A stretch of DNA of 64,000 nt from an uncultured bacterium (GTDB taxonomy: Bacteria > Oederibacteriota > Oederibacteriia > Oederibacteriales > Oederibacteriaceae). Below are positions 18,338 through 26,920 of the stretch, in pieces. The stretch covers positions 992,001 to 1,056,000 of the forward strand of contig OZ218778.1 in assembly GCA_965112635.1 (NCBI GenBank), written 5' to 3'. Both the position numbers and the translations under genes were made by a program. The notes beneath the pieces are model-generated. The model was not told the origin of the DNA, ran no database searches, and saw only the letters and a list, made by a program, of their open reading frames with translations. How positions within the stretch are numbered: position 1 is the stretch's first letter; each line of letters begins with the position of its first letter.

Positions 18338-18470
18338 GTAGGAAAACGGCTGGACTGCTATGCAGAAGCCACGGATCGCTGAATGAATGAGGCGATCCAA
18401 AAGAGTGTACGTACGCTTTTAAACCGTTATCCTTACTGGTTTTATGACCGGTAAGGATTTTTTATTTTTA
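18338..18470 (+). ncRNA. Riboswitch/attenuator-like structured leader (family not recognised)
   Basis: Three hairpins enclosed by GTAGGAAAACGG / CCGTTATCCTTAC, whose 3' strand overlaps the terminator ATCCTTACTGGT-TTTATG-ACCGGTAAGGAT-TTTTT. Confidence 0.5.
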
Positions 18471-18557
18471 AGAAAATTTGGTGAAGTAACGATTCAATAC
18501 CGGAGCTGGATGAGGGGGATCACCAACTAATTAGTTTAGGAAGGGAGGTGAAAAATA

Positions 18558-19043
18558 ATGATTTCTCCGATCAATTCTTCAAATTATTTAAATAGTTTGA
18601 TCACACAACCGTCACAAAGTAAGTCGGTCAACAATACCGGGACTGGAGCGAATGATTTTGCAGACCTGTTGCTAAGTCAATTATCTAGCCAGGCGGGAAC
18701 TGGGGCTACTGGTACTACGAGTTCTACCCAGTCTGCGAATAATGGAACCGCTAATCCTGCAAATGCTGCCCAGGCTAGCTCTACGCAACCCAGCAAGGAG
18801 CAGCAGATCCTGGCCATGCTCAGAGAGATCGTGTCCGAGTTAGGGATCAAACATCATCACCACCATCACCACGGGGGAGCGAAAGGGGCCGAGTCTGCAA
18901 CCAATACTCAGACCCAGGGTTCCACGTCAACCAATCCAATTGCTACCAACACCCAGGGTTCAACCACGAGCAACACGGTTGCCTTGAATATAGTTAATAG
19001 TATCCAGGGGGCGGCAGGCGGTCAGTTGAATTCCCTGGTATAG
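18558..19043 (+). CDS. Low-complexity Ser/Thr/Asn-rich protein with a His7 tract
   Basis: Strong GGAGGTG RBS; HHHHHHH; no Sec signal. Confidence 0.7.
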   Translation: MISPINSSNYLNSLITQPSQSKSVNNTGTGANDFADLLLSQLSSQAGTGATGTTSSTQSANNGTANPANAAQASSTQPSKEQQILAMLREIVSELGIKHHHHHHHGGAKGAESATNTQTQGSTSTNPIATNTQGSTTSNTVALNIVNSIQGAAGGQLNSLV

Positions 19044-19262
19044 GTTTTTAACAGGACGGCTAGGCAAGGCAAGCTGGTGATACCCCTCACCCGTTCCGGT
19101 AATATGTATTTATAGTCAATGCAGTGGAAGAAAGCAGCAAAGCGATAGAACTCCGTTTTGCATAACCGGTAAAAGGCCAACAAGCTGGCGAAGATGACTG
19201 AGTAAGGGGACTTACTCACTTATAGGATTATTTTGAGAGTATTTAGGAAAGGGGAAATAGTA

Positions 19263-19397
19263 ATGAAAAATATTTTTAGAAATAAGTATTTGGTAGCGAT
19301 TGAGTTGTGTTTTATGCTTATCTTATCTTGCTCCAGCGCTTTTGCATGGCGTGGAGGACATGGGTCAAGGTATTACTGGCACGGGGGCAGATGGTGA
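19263..19397 (+). CDS. Short secreted Gly/Trp-rich peptide (possibly truncated)
   Basis: MKNIFRNKYLVAIELCFMLILSCSSAFA|WRGGHGSRYYWHGGRW-stop; reading past the TGA gives YRGGW, so it may be a nonsense-truncated gene. Confidence 0.45.
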   Translation: MKNIFRNKYLVAIELCFMLILSCSSAFAWRGGHGSRYYWHGGRW

Positions 19398-19449
19398 TAC
19401 AGGGGAGGCTGGGAAGAGATGGAAAAACATATTTTATAGGAGGTAGGCT

Positions 19450-19605
19450 ATGGAAAATTATTACAATGTTATTATTGGAACTTTAATTATAATTCCTATT
19501 TTAATAGTAATTTTTCTTTTACTTCGGGAGTTCTGGTGCTGGTATTTTAAGATCAATAAAATTGTTACTTTACTTGAAAAGATTGAAAAAAATACCTCAA
19601 AGTAA
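19450..19605 (+). CDS. Small single-TM membrane protein (51 aa)
   Basis: GGAGG RBS; ...IFLLLREFWCWYFKINKIVTLLEKI. Confidence 0.65.
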   Translation: MENYYNVIIGTLIIIPILIVIFLLLREFWCWYFKINKIVTLLEKIEKNTSK

Positions 19606-20176
19606 TATCTAGGAAAACCAAGAGAGATAGCTAGAGATTAACTTAAAATGATCAGAAGATAGAATATCTGTACCAAGTGAAACATTTTAAATTAGAACAG
19701 CTTCCCAAAGGGATCCTTATAGGAATCGCTGTGGCATGGAGTTGTTTTATTAAGACCTTAGGATATATTTAAAAGTGAACCGGGTAGGCGTAGAAAAGTT
19801 GGTAACAACCACTAAAGTTACTAGTTGATGTAACGGGTATTATAGGAAATTTCGACCGTCTGTAAGCCCTACCCTTTCTCCGCACGCAATTTCTTATGTA
19901 GAAAATATGTATATTCGCGTAGTTTTGTTGGTAATAAAGTTATGTTTAGGCTCTTCCTCTTTATTAAGTCTTCTAGTATCCTTTTTATAAATCCTTAATA
20001 AATTATCTTGTATTTGAAAGGTTGTTTTTATGGAAGATATTAGGAAAATTAAAAAAGATATTGATGATGTAACTAATTTTTTTGAGAGTCTAAAAAGGGA
20101 AAGGGATATGACAATTGAACAACAGTTTAATAGAAAAAATGCAACTGAGGAATTAGAAAAATTAGGGGTGCTTAAT

Positions 20177-21611
20177 GATTATGTCAAGTTTTCGGGTGTA
20201 AGTTGTTAAGTCCACGGGTAGTAGGTTAAGCAACATTTAGCAAGCCTTCCTGAACCAGATCACCTCCTTGAGATTTCCAGAGTTTTCTTTTAGACCAATT
20301 ATCTTCCTGAGTGGTAGAAACAGACCAGACGATCTTAGCGACCTCCAATTCGGAGTGCATGGTGCCGGCAGCACGGGTGCGCCGTTTGATCTCGGCGATA
20401 AAGCGTTCGATGAGATTGCTGGAGCGGAGAGTGCGCCAGACATGCTGGGGTTCGTTCATGAAGGTGGTGAGGTTGTCGAACCTATCGAGAGCCATAGCCG
20501 TAGCTCTAGGATAGAGTTTCATCCAGCGAGCTTGGAGGCGGCCAAAGGCCTGGAGAGCCAGTTTGCGGGAATCGGCCCAATAGATAGCTTTGAAATCGTT
20601 AAGGAAGGCACCCCAGTCACGGCGAGGCATAATGGCTCTGAGGTTTCGGATCTTGTGGACCAGGCAGAGCTGGTGAGGGACAGCCAGGAGGTTTTTGACG
20701 GCCTGCTCAATGGCCTTGTGTTCATCGGAGATGACGAGCCTGAGGGTGTTGCGGTTAAGGCCTCTTTTGAGGAGGTCATTGATAAAAGCCTGCCAGGAGT
20801 CCAAGGACTCTCTATCGCCGAGAAGGAAACCCAGGACATGGCGATTGCCAAAGGAATCCATGCCTAGGGCGAGCAATAGAGCTTGTTTGGAGGTAAAACC
20901 AGGTCTTCTGACAGGCAGGTAGGCGGCGTCCAGGAGCAGGTAGGTGATGTTGGGAGGAATGGGACGATTCATCCACTGACGGATGGCTGGCTCCAAGGCG
21001 TTGGTGAGAGTGGAGACGGTGGAGTGAGAGAGCTTTGTGCCCAAAGCGGCATTTATCTCAGCGGCGGTAGAGCGAGTGGCAGCGCCTTTGAGCCAGAAGC
21101 GGATGGCGAGGAAGGAAGCCAGGCCTTTTCCAGCTTGTTTGAGGGCGGTAAGCAAGGGCGAGTGAAGGGACCCCTGGCGTAGAGCTGGTTTGTGCAGAAA
21201 AAGTCTGCCAAAAAAGCCGGGGACAGAGGTGGATTTAAAACCGTTTCTTTTAGGGCTGTTTTCAAGGCGTTCATAAGGCTGACGGCCCAAAAACTCGTCC
21301 CTTTCAGCCTCCAGTTGAATATCTAAAGCCTGGGCAATGATGGCATTGACCTCCTGGCCAATTACTTCCAGAGCGACACCGGGCTGAGCGATCTTCCTGA
21401 CTTTTTCTCTGATTTTCTGGTTCGTATAAATCTCAATTCTTTGGGATAATGACTTCACGGGTGTAGACCTCCTTTTAGTTTGGGTTTGGTGACCTAGACA
21501 ATCACCTAGTCTACGCCCGTGGACTTATTTTTGGGGCCGCAAGGTTAGATTGCTGCAATCTAACCTTGCCTTTCCCCTCGTTGAAGTTACACCCAGGAAT
21601 GGTACACAACC
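20177..21611 (-). mobile_element. IS256-family insertion sequence, copy 2 (1435 bp, inverted)
   Basis: Reverse complement of copy 1; 8-bp TSD TGCTTAAT at 20169..20176 and 21612..21619. Confidence 0.93.
20226..21458 (-). CDS. IS256 transposase
   Basis: Protein identical to 13512..14744. Confidence 0.93.
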   Translation of the reverse strand: MKSLSQRIEIYTNQKIREKVRKIAQPGVALEVIGQEVNAIIAQALDIQLEAERDEFLGRQPYERLENSPKRNGFKSTSVPGFFGRLFLHKPALRQGSLHSPLLTALKQAGKGLASFLAIRFWLKGAATRSTAAEINAALGTKLSHSTVSTLTNALEPAIRQWMNRPIPPNITYLLLDAAYLPVRRPGFTSKQALLLALGMDSFGNRHVLGFLLGDRESLDSWQAFINDLLKRGLNRNTLRLVISDEHKAIEQAVKNLLAVPHQLCLVHKIRNLRAIMPRRDWGAFLNDFKAIYWADSRKLALQAFGRLQARWMKLYPRATAMALDRFDNLTTFMNEPQHVWRTLRSSNLIERFIAEIKRRTRAAGTMHSELEVAKIVWSVSTTQEDNWSKRKLWKSQGGDLVQEGLLNVA

Positions 21612-22654
21612 TGCTTAATAGAATTAAGTTTGAAGAAACACATCATCAAATGATGTTAAAAATAATCGGAGTCGTACAGTTAGAAAAGTTAATAAAATTA
21701 CCATTTGCAAACGAACTTAATAAAATTGCATTGGAAAATATAAATGTAGATCTCTACCATGGAGGGAAGTATTTTGTCTTATCTAATTTGGTCGATTTTC
21801 TTAAAGGGTTTAGTGAAGCTGTTAATGAATGGGGCAAAGAAGATAAATCTGGTGAAGAGCTTTCAGTTAAAAGCGAGGTTGGTCCCGTAAAAGAAAAACA
21901 CAAAATAAATGATGAAATCGTGTCGGAAGTTATTTATTACAAAAAGCAAGGGCAATTAGTAATGAAGAGAAAAAATAATAAAGATATAGTATATGATTTT
22001 AGGGTGGGTAAAGGAAGCAGAATTATATTTGATTTTCTTGTAGAGAATCAGGGACAGTTTGTATCAATCCAAAGTCTTATTGATTGTTATAAGGCAGGAT
22101 ACAAAAACACAACAGAATATGCAAAAGGTGTGAAATCTGAAGCAAGTGAAAAGGATGAAGTGAAAGATAAAAATGTTTATAAGAAAACCGTAGAGAGGAT
22201 AATCAAGGAGGTAAAGTCCACGCTAGAAGAAAAAAAATTTCCAGAAATAATTGTTTCTAAGAATGCTAACCATAAACTTGATAGTTCAGTAAAATTAAGT
22301 TAAGAAGCTAATAGAAATTTTTATAAATAATAAGTCATGTAGATCTGTAACCTAAAGGTGTATTAAGTTAAGGCAATAGCTAATTCCTACCCATTCCCTA
22401 CCTAAAGTTAATAAAAATAATTTTATCATCACTATAAGCATTGCTTTAACAATCCTTTTATTACTTCTCGAATAAAACCCCTACCGGTTCTCTAGCCGAT
22501 ATTTGTTGCTCTGTTTGAAAAAATGATCCTTAGTTTCGCATGAGGAACAGAGCGGAACACCATAAACGATAATGGGTTTTGGTATTAAAGATTTATACCA
22601 TTTAGATCACCCACTTTTCGGTTAATGGATTCACGGCATTGAAAGGGTAAATAT

Positions 22655-25336
22655 ATGAAAAACAAAAACGGTATTAAAGGAGAAATAAATGACGGTGATC
22701 TGTTCAAGCAGATTGATATAAAGAAATTTTTTAGTGAAAGGGTAAAAGGTTTTAAGACAAACGGAAACGGACAAGCTACGGGTCACTGCCCGTTTCATGA
22801 TGATACTAACCCTTCTTTTAGTGTAAATATTATTGACGGTCTATGGATATGTCACGCTTGCGATGCCAAGGGAAATTTTTACCAGTTCGAAATGAAGCTT
22901 AGCAGCGTTGATTTTAAGACCGCTGTTAATAATGTTGAGAAATGGCATAACACCTCAAGCGCCAATTCTCAACCTAAACCTGTAATTAAAGCAACGTATG
23001 ATTATACAGATGAGAATGGGAACTCTTTATTTCAAACCGTCCGTTACGAACCTAAAGCATTCAAACAGAGGCGGTCCAATGGAAAGGGTGGCTGGATTTG
23101 GAATCGTAAGGGCGTTAAGAGCGTGCTCTATCACCTGCCTCAAATCAAAGCTGCCGATACCGTATATATAGTGGAAGGCGAGAAGGACAGCGAGACTCTA
23201 AGCGGTTTAGGATTAACTGCAACAACAAGCCCAATGGGTGCTGGAAATTGGAAGCCAGATTACAACTGTTATTTAAAAGACAAAAATATTGTCTGCCTCC
23301 CCGATAACGATTCAAAAGGTAAAAATCACATGGAAGAAGTAGCCGGGCAATTAAAGGGTGTTGCAAAGTCAGTCAAAGTTGTTCTCCTGCCAAACCTACC
23401 AGAGAAAGGCGACGTAACGGATTGGTTAGGCAAGGGTGGTACTAAAGAAGCTCTTGTTGAGCTTGTTCAACTAACACCAGAATGGGAGCCATCTGAAGAG
23501 CAACAAGGTGAAGAAACTAAGGTAGAGAAATCAAAGTTCAAAATACTAATGAAGATTGGGGAAAATCTTTCACTATTCCATGACCAATACAGAATTCCGC
23601 ATGGTTTTTTGGACGGAAACACAGTGCCTTTGACGGATATAGACTTTGGATGTTGGTTAAGCCATCAGTTCTATAAAAAAACAGGTCTAGGTTTAGGCAG
23701 TGAAACACTAAAACAGGCAATTAATACTTTGTCTGGAATTGCAATATTTGACGGAAAAGAATATGTCCTTGAAAATCGGGTGGCAAGTGACAAAGGTTGC
23801 TGTTGGTATGATATGGGCGATGATAGAGCTATAAAAATAACTGGCACAGGTTGGAAAATAGTTAAAGCACCAATACTATTTAAGCGGTATATGCATCAGA
23901 GGATTCAGGTTGACCCTATACCAAATGGAAATGTTAACCGGCTATTTGAACTGGTAAAAATTAATAAAAACGATCAACTTCTTTTTATTGTTTACGTAAT
24001 CACTTGTTATATCGCTGACTTTCCTCACCCAGTAATGCATTTGACTGGAGCGCAAGGAGCAAGCAAATCTACCGTTTGTTGCATATTAAAAAAGTTAATT
24101 GATCCATCCAAAGTTGAATTGCCAGAAATCCCTCGAGATAAACAGGAGCTTATCCAAACACTTTCTCATCACCATGTGAGCTACTTCGACAACCTTTCCG
24201 AGATTTCGGATTGGTTGTCTGACCTTCTTTGCCGTGCTGTTACTGGACTTTCTGCTGCTAAGCGTACGCTATATACAAATGATCAGGATTTTATTCTAAG
24301 TTTTAAGCGGTGCGTAGGTTTGAGTGGAATCACTGGGCTAATAAATAAACCGGATCTTTTGGATAGGGCTATCCCATTTTATCTAGAACCTATTACTGAA
24401 GAAGAGCGGATGGAGGAGTCTGTTTTATGGGAAAAGTTTGAGCAGATTCGACCTGAAATATTAGGGGGTATATTTGACTTAATATCTAAGGCCATCCAAA
24501 TTCATGCAACGATTAAAACGTCTAAGTTGCCTCGTATGGCAGATTTCGCTAAATGGGGCTTCGCAATAGCTGAGGCTTTGGGAGTTAATGGCGAAGTGTT
24601 CCTTAAACAATACAGAGCTAAGATTGAGACTCAGAATAACGAAGTATTGGAAGGCCATCTTCTAGCTAAAGCTGTCACGAATTTCATGGCAGATAAAACG
24701 GATTGGATAGGAACAGTCAAGGGGGCCTTGGAGGAATTAAAAAAACTGGTTGTAATTGAGAAAGGGGACGAGACATTTCCTAAAGCTTACAGGTCATTAA
24801 GGCCTTACCTTGAAACTATCAGAACAAACTTAATGGCAGTTGGAATTACTTATAAAATTAGTGATAAGCCAACTTCAGAGGGTTATCGAATTTGTTTTAA
24901 GAAGAACTTTTTTGGTTCAGAAATAGATTCATCTAAAAAAGCCTTGGAAACCAATAGTAATCAAGCAAATGAACTAAATGAACTAAATTCTTCTATATCT
25001 ATAGGTGCAGCAAAGAGCTGTGAGCAATTAGCTAGAGAGGAGATAGTTCTCCAAACAATGGTAGATGAAAAAAGGGCTGTTTGTTTTTGGTATATAGAAA
25101 ATATGGTTAAGAGCAAGGGCATTGATACAGAACTATTAAAAACTATTTTAAATCAATTGTTATTGGAGAAGCGAATATTAAGCAGGGATAATTTACTAAT
25201 TCAATATAATAATTGTTCGCGATTAGTTTATGGTCCATTTTATGAATACAATAAGACCTTTTCTCCCAAACCTGTTATACCTTCTCCTAGTCCTGTTACT
25301 CCACCCCTTGATCCTAACAGTACAATTAAGTTTTGA
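22655..25336 (+). CDS. Primase-helicase fusion (CHC2 Zn finger + TOPRIM + P-loop ATPase)
   Basis: CPFHDD..PSF....W.CHAC, IVEGEKD, PDND, KGDVTDW, Walker-A-like GAQGASKST and Walker-B-like YFDN. Confidence 0.85.
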   Translation: MKNKNGIKGEINDGDLFKQIDIKKFFSERVKGFKTNGNGQATGHCPFHDDTNPSFSVNIIDGLWICHACDAKGNFYQFEMKLSSVDFKTAVNNVEKWHNTSSANSQPKPVIKATYDYTDENGNSLFQTVRYEPKAFKQRRSNGKGGWIWNRKGVKSVLYHLPQIKAADTVYIVEGEKDSETLSGLGLTATTSPMGAGNWKPDYNCYLKDKNIVCLPDNDSKGKNHMEEVAGQLKGVAKSVKVVLLPNLPEKGDVTDWLGKGGTKEALVELVQLTPEWEPSEEQQGEETKVEKSKFKILMKIGENLSLFHDQYRIPHGFLDGNTVPLTDIDFGCWLSHQFYKKTGLGLGSETLKQAINTLSGIAIFDGKEYVLENRVASDKGCCWYDMGDDRAIKITGTGWKIVKAPILFKRYMHQRIQVDPIPNGNVNRLFELVKINKNDQLLFIVYVITCYIADFPHPVMHLTGAQGASKSTVCCILKKLIDPSKVELPEIPRDKQELIQTLSHHHVSYFDNLSEISDWLSDLLCRAVTGLSAAKRTLYTNDQDFILSFKRCVGLSGITGLINKPDLLDRAIPFYLEPITEEERMEESVLWEKFEQIRPEILGGIFDLISKAIQIHATIKTSKLPRMADFAKWGFAIAEALGVNGEVFLKQYRAKIETQNNEVLEGHLLAKAVTNFMADKTDWIGTVKGALEELKKLVVIEKGDETFPKAYRSLRPYLETIRTNLMAVGITYKISDKPTSEGYRICFKKNFFGSEIDSSKKALETNSNQANELNELNSSISIGAAKSCEQLAREEIVLQTMVDEKRAVCFWYIENMVKSKGIDTELLKTILNQLLLEKRILSRDNLLIQYNNCSRLVYGPFYEYNKTFSPKPVIPSPSPVTPPLDPNSTIKF

Positions 25337-25632
25337 GGCGGGTGACTATTATGGCAAAACTCATCAATTTACCTACCCGTCTCGTTCCTGAAGGCGAAAA
25401 TAATGACAGACTGTTATCGGATCAACAGGTCGCTGAACTGGCAATCGTATCTATCAACACTGTGCGTTATTGGCGGCAAATTGGTAAGCTGCCTTTTGTC
25501 AAAGTGGGTAAGCATCCTCAGGTATGGCTGTCTGTATTTAATAAAGTATTTGGAAAGCCTGTATTTCAGGGTGGCGTTAATTCTGATAACATGAAACCTG
25601 TCCAGGACATTAGGAGGATTTCAAATGGGTAA
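25333..25632 (+). CDS. Excisionase-like HTH DNA-binding protein
   Basis: LLS..QVAEL..VS.NTVRYWRQ.GKLPFVKVGK; probable start ATG 25351. Confidence 0.8.
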   Translation: MRRVTIMAKLINLPTRLVPEGENNDRLLSDQQVAELAIVSINTVRYWRQIGKLPFVKVGKHPQVWLSVFNKVFGKPVFQGGVNSDNMKPVQDIRRISNG

Positions 25633-26779
25633 ACCTAATGCCAAGAATTTACCTCCCCATCTGAGGAAAGATGATGGGGGTTATTTTATAGATTATTTTG
25701 TTGAAGAACTGGGGGTGAAGAAAAGAAAGCGCGTGCGTCTTGGGCATGTTCCTTTGGTTCAAGCAAAAAGCGTTCTGAGCGATCATATGCAGGCCATTGT
25801 TAAAGGGAAATTTTTGTTGGAGCAAAAACCAAAGATTACTTTTAATGAGGCTGCGGATAATTTCTTGGCTTTTTCTAGAGCGAGAAGGAAGCGGTTTGGG
25901 GATGATGAGCGGATGGTAAAAAACCTTAAAAGCTTCTTTGACAAACGTCCTCTGGAAAGCTTGACACTTGATCAGGTTGAGGAATATGTGTCTTTTAGGC
26001 GGAATGAAGCCAGGAAGGACAAAGAAATATGCGGGGTTTTAAGGAAGGGCATTGAGCTTAAAGCAGCTTCGCTCAATAGAGAACTTGCTTGTTTGAGAAC
26101 TGTTGTGAGACGGGCTATTTTGAACAGGCAAATTGATCGTAACCCAATTGAGGGATTAAAGTTATTTAAGGAAACTTTCAGGGATAGAACCCTTACGCCT
26201 GAGGAGTACCAGCGGCTTTTAGCCGCCTGCGCACCACATCTCAAGATTATCGTACAATTGGCGTATGATTCTGCCATGAGAAAAGGCGAGATTCTTGGAT
26301 TGAAATGGGAGCAGATAAACTTTAGGGAAGGGGTTATTATCCTGGATGCCGCTGATACTAAAACCCAGGAAAAACGGGAGATTCCACTGGATGAGAAGCT
26401 CGTCAGTTTATTGCAGGGACTCCCAAAAGTACCTGGCTGTCCTTTCGTGTTCACGTACCAGAAAAGAGGGCTGGTGACTATCATGACTGCTTTCAAAGCT
26501 GCATGCCGAAGAGCCAATATTAAGGATCTACATTTTCATGACCTTCGGCACTGCTCAATTACTAATTTTCGGAAGGCAGGGGTTAGTGATAATACTACCA
26601 TGTCTATTTCTGGGCATAAGACGCATGATGTTTTCAAAAGGTACGACCGTATTGACAGGGGAGATCGCCAAAAAGCATTGGAACAGGTTAGAAAAATGAA
26701 TGACACGGATATGACACGAACAACATTTGGCGCACCTCTTTCAAAGGAAGAAGTGGTAAAATCGTTATCCTGTAACTAA
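25625..26779 (+). CDS. int: Tyrosine recombinase / phage-type integrase
   Basis: AMRKGEI, TKT, FHDLRH, ISGHKT and RY catalytic residues. Confidence 0.93.
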   Translation: MGKPNAKNLPPHLRKDDGGYFIDYFVEELGVKKRKRVRLGHVPLVQAKSVLSDHMQAIVKGKFLLEQKPKITFNEAADNFLAFSRARRKRFGDDERMVKNLKSFFDKRPLESLTLDQVEEYVSFRRNEARKDKEICGVLRKGIELKAASLNRELACLRTVVRRAILNRQIDRNPIEGLKLFKETFRDRTLTPEEYQRLLAACAPHLKIIVQLAYDSAMRKGEILGLKWEQINFREGVIILDAADTKTQEKREIPLDEKLVSLLQGLPKVPGCPFVFTYQKRGLVTIMTAFKAACRRANIKDLHFHDLRHCSITNFRKAGVSDNTTMSISGHKTHDVFKRYDRIDRGDRQKALEQVRKMNDTDMTRTTFGAPLSKEEVVKSLSCN

Positions 26780-26790
26780 AATTGTTCAGT

Positions 26791-26867
26791 CGGGGCGTAG
26801 CGCAGCTGGCTAGCGCACCTGCTTTGGGAGCAGGGGGTCGCCCGTTCAAATCGGGCCGCCCCGACCA
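26791..26867 (+). tRNA. tRNA-Pro (TGG)
   Basis: CGGGGCG/CGCCCCG acceptor stem, CCTGC-TT-TGG-GA-GCAGG anticodon arm, GTTCAAATC T-loop, encoded CCA. Confidence 0.97.
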
Positions 26868-26920
26868 AAAAATTATAATTTCACCGCATAAGGATAGTCA
26901 GCTCCTCTTTGGAGACTTGA

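Larger units (their letters stand above)
20030..22303 (+). pseudogene. Putative wHTH regulator (~276 aa) split by IS256 copy 2
   Basis: MEDIRKIK...LEKLGVLN (20030..20176) joins in frame to RIKFEE... after the IS. The C-terminal IFDFLVENQGQFVSIQSL segment resembles OmpR-type winged helices. Confidence 0.7.
20030..26790 (+). mobile_element. Core module of a tRNA-Pro-integrated element (regulator, primase-helicase, Xis-like, integrase)
   Basis: Gene content, low GC, integrase adjacent to tRNA; left boundary not found. Confidence 0.75.

Noticed and set aside
18372-18400. c-di-AMP (ydaO) or c-di-GMP-I riboswitch call
   Set aside because: Only short word matches (ATCGCTGAAT, AAGCCACGG); the rest of each consensus is absent.
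13359-21611. Composite transposon inserted as a unit
   Set aside because: Each IS has its own distinct TSD and interrupts a different gene, so these are independent insertions.
21566-22303. Stand-alone 245-aa gene
   Set aside because: Its first residues derive from the IS; the real gene begins at 20030.
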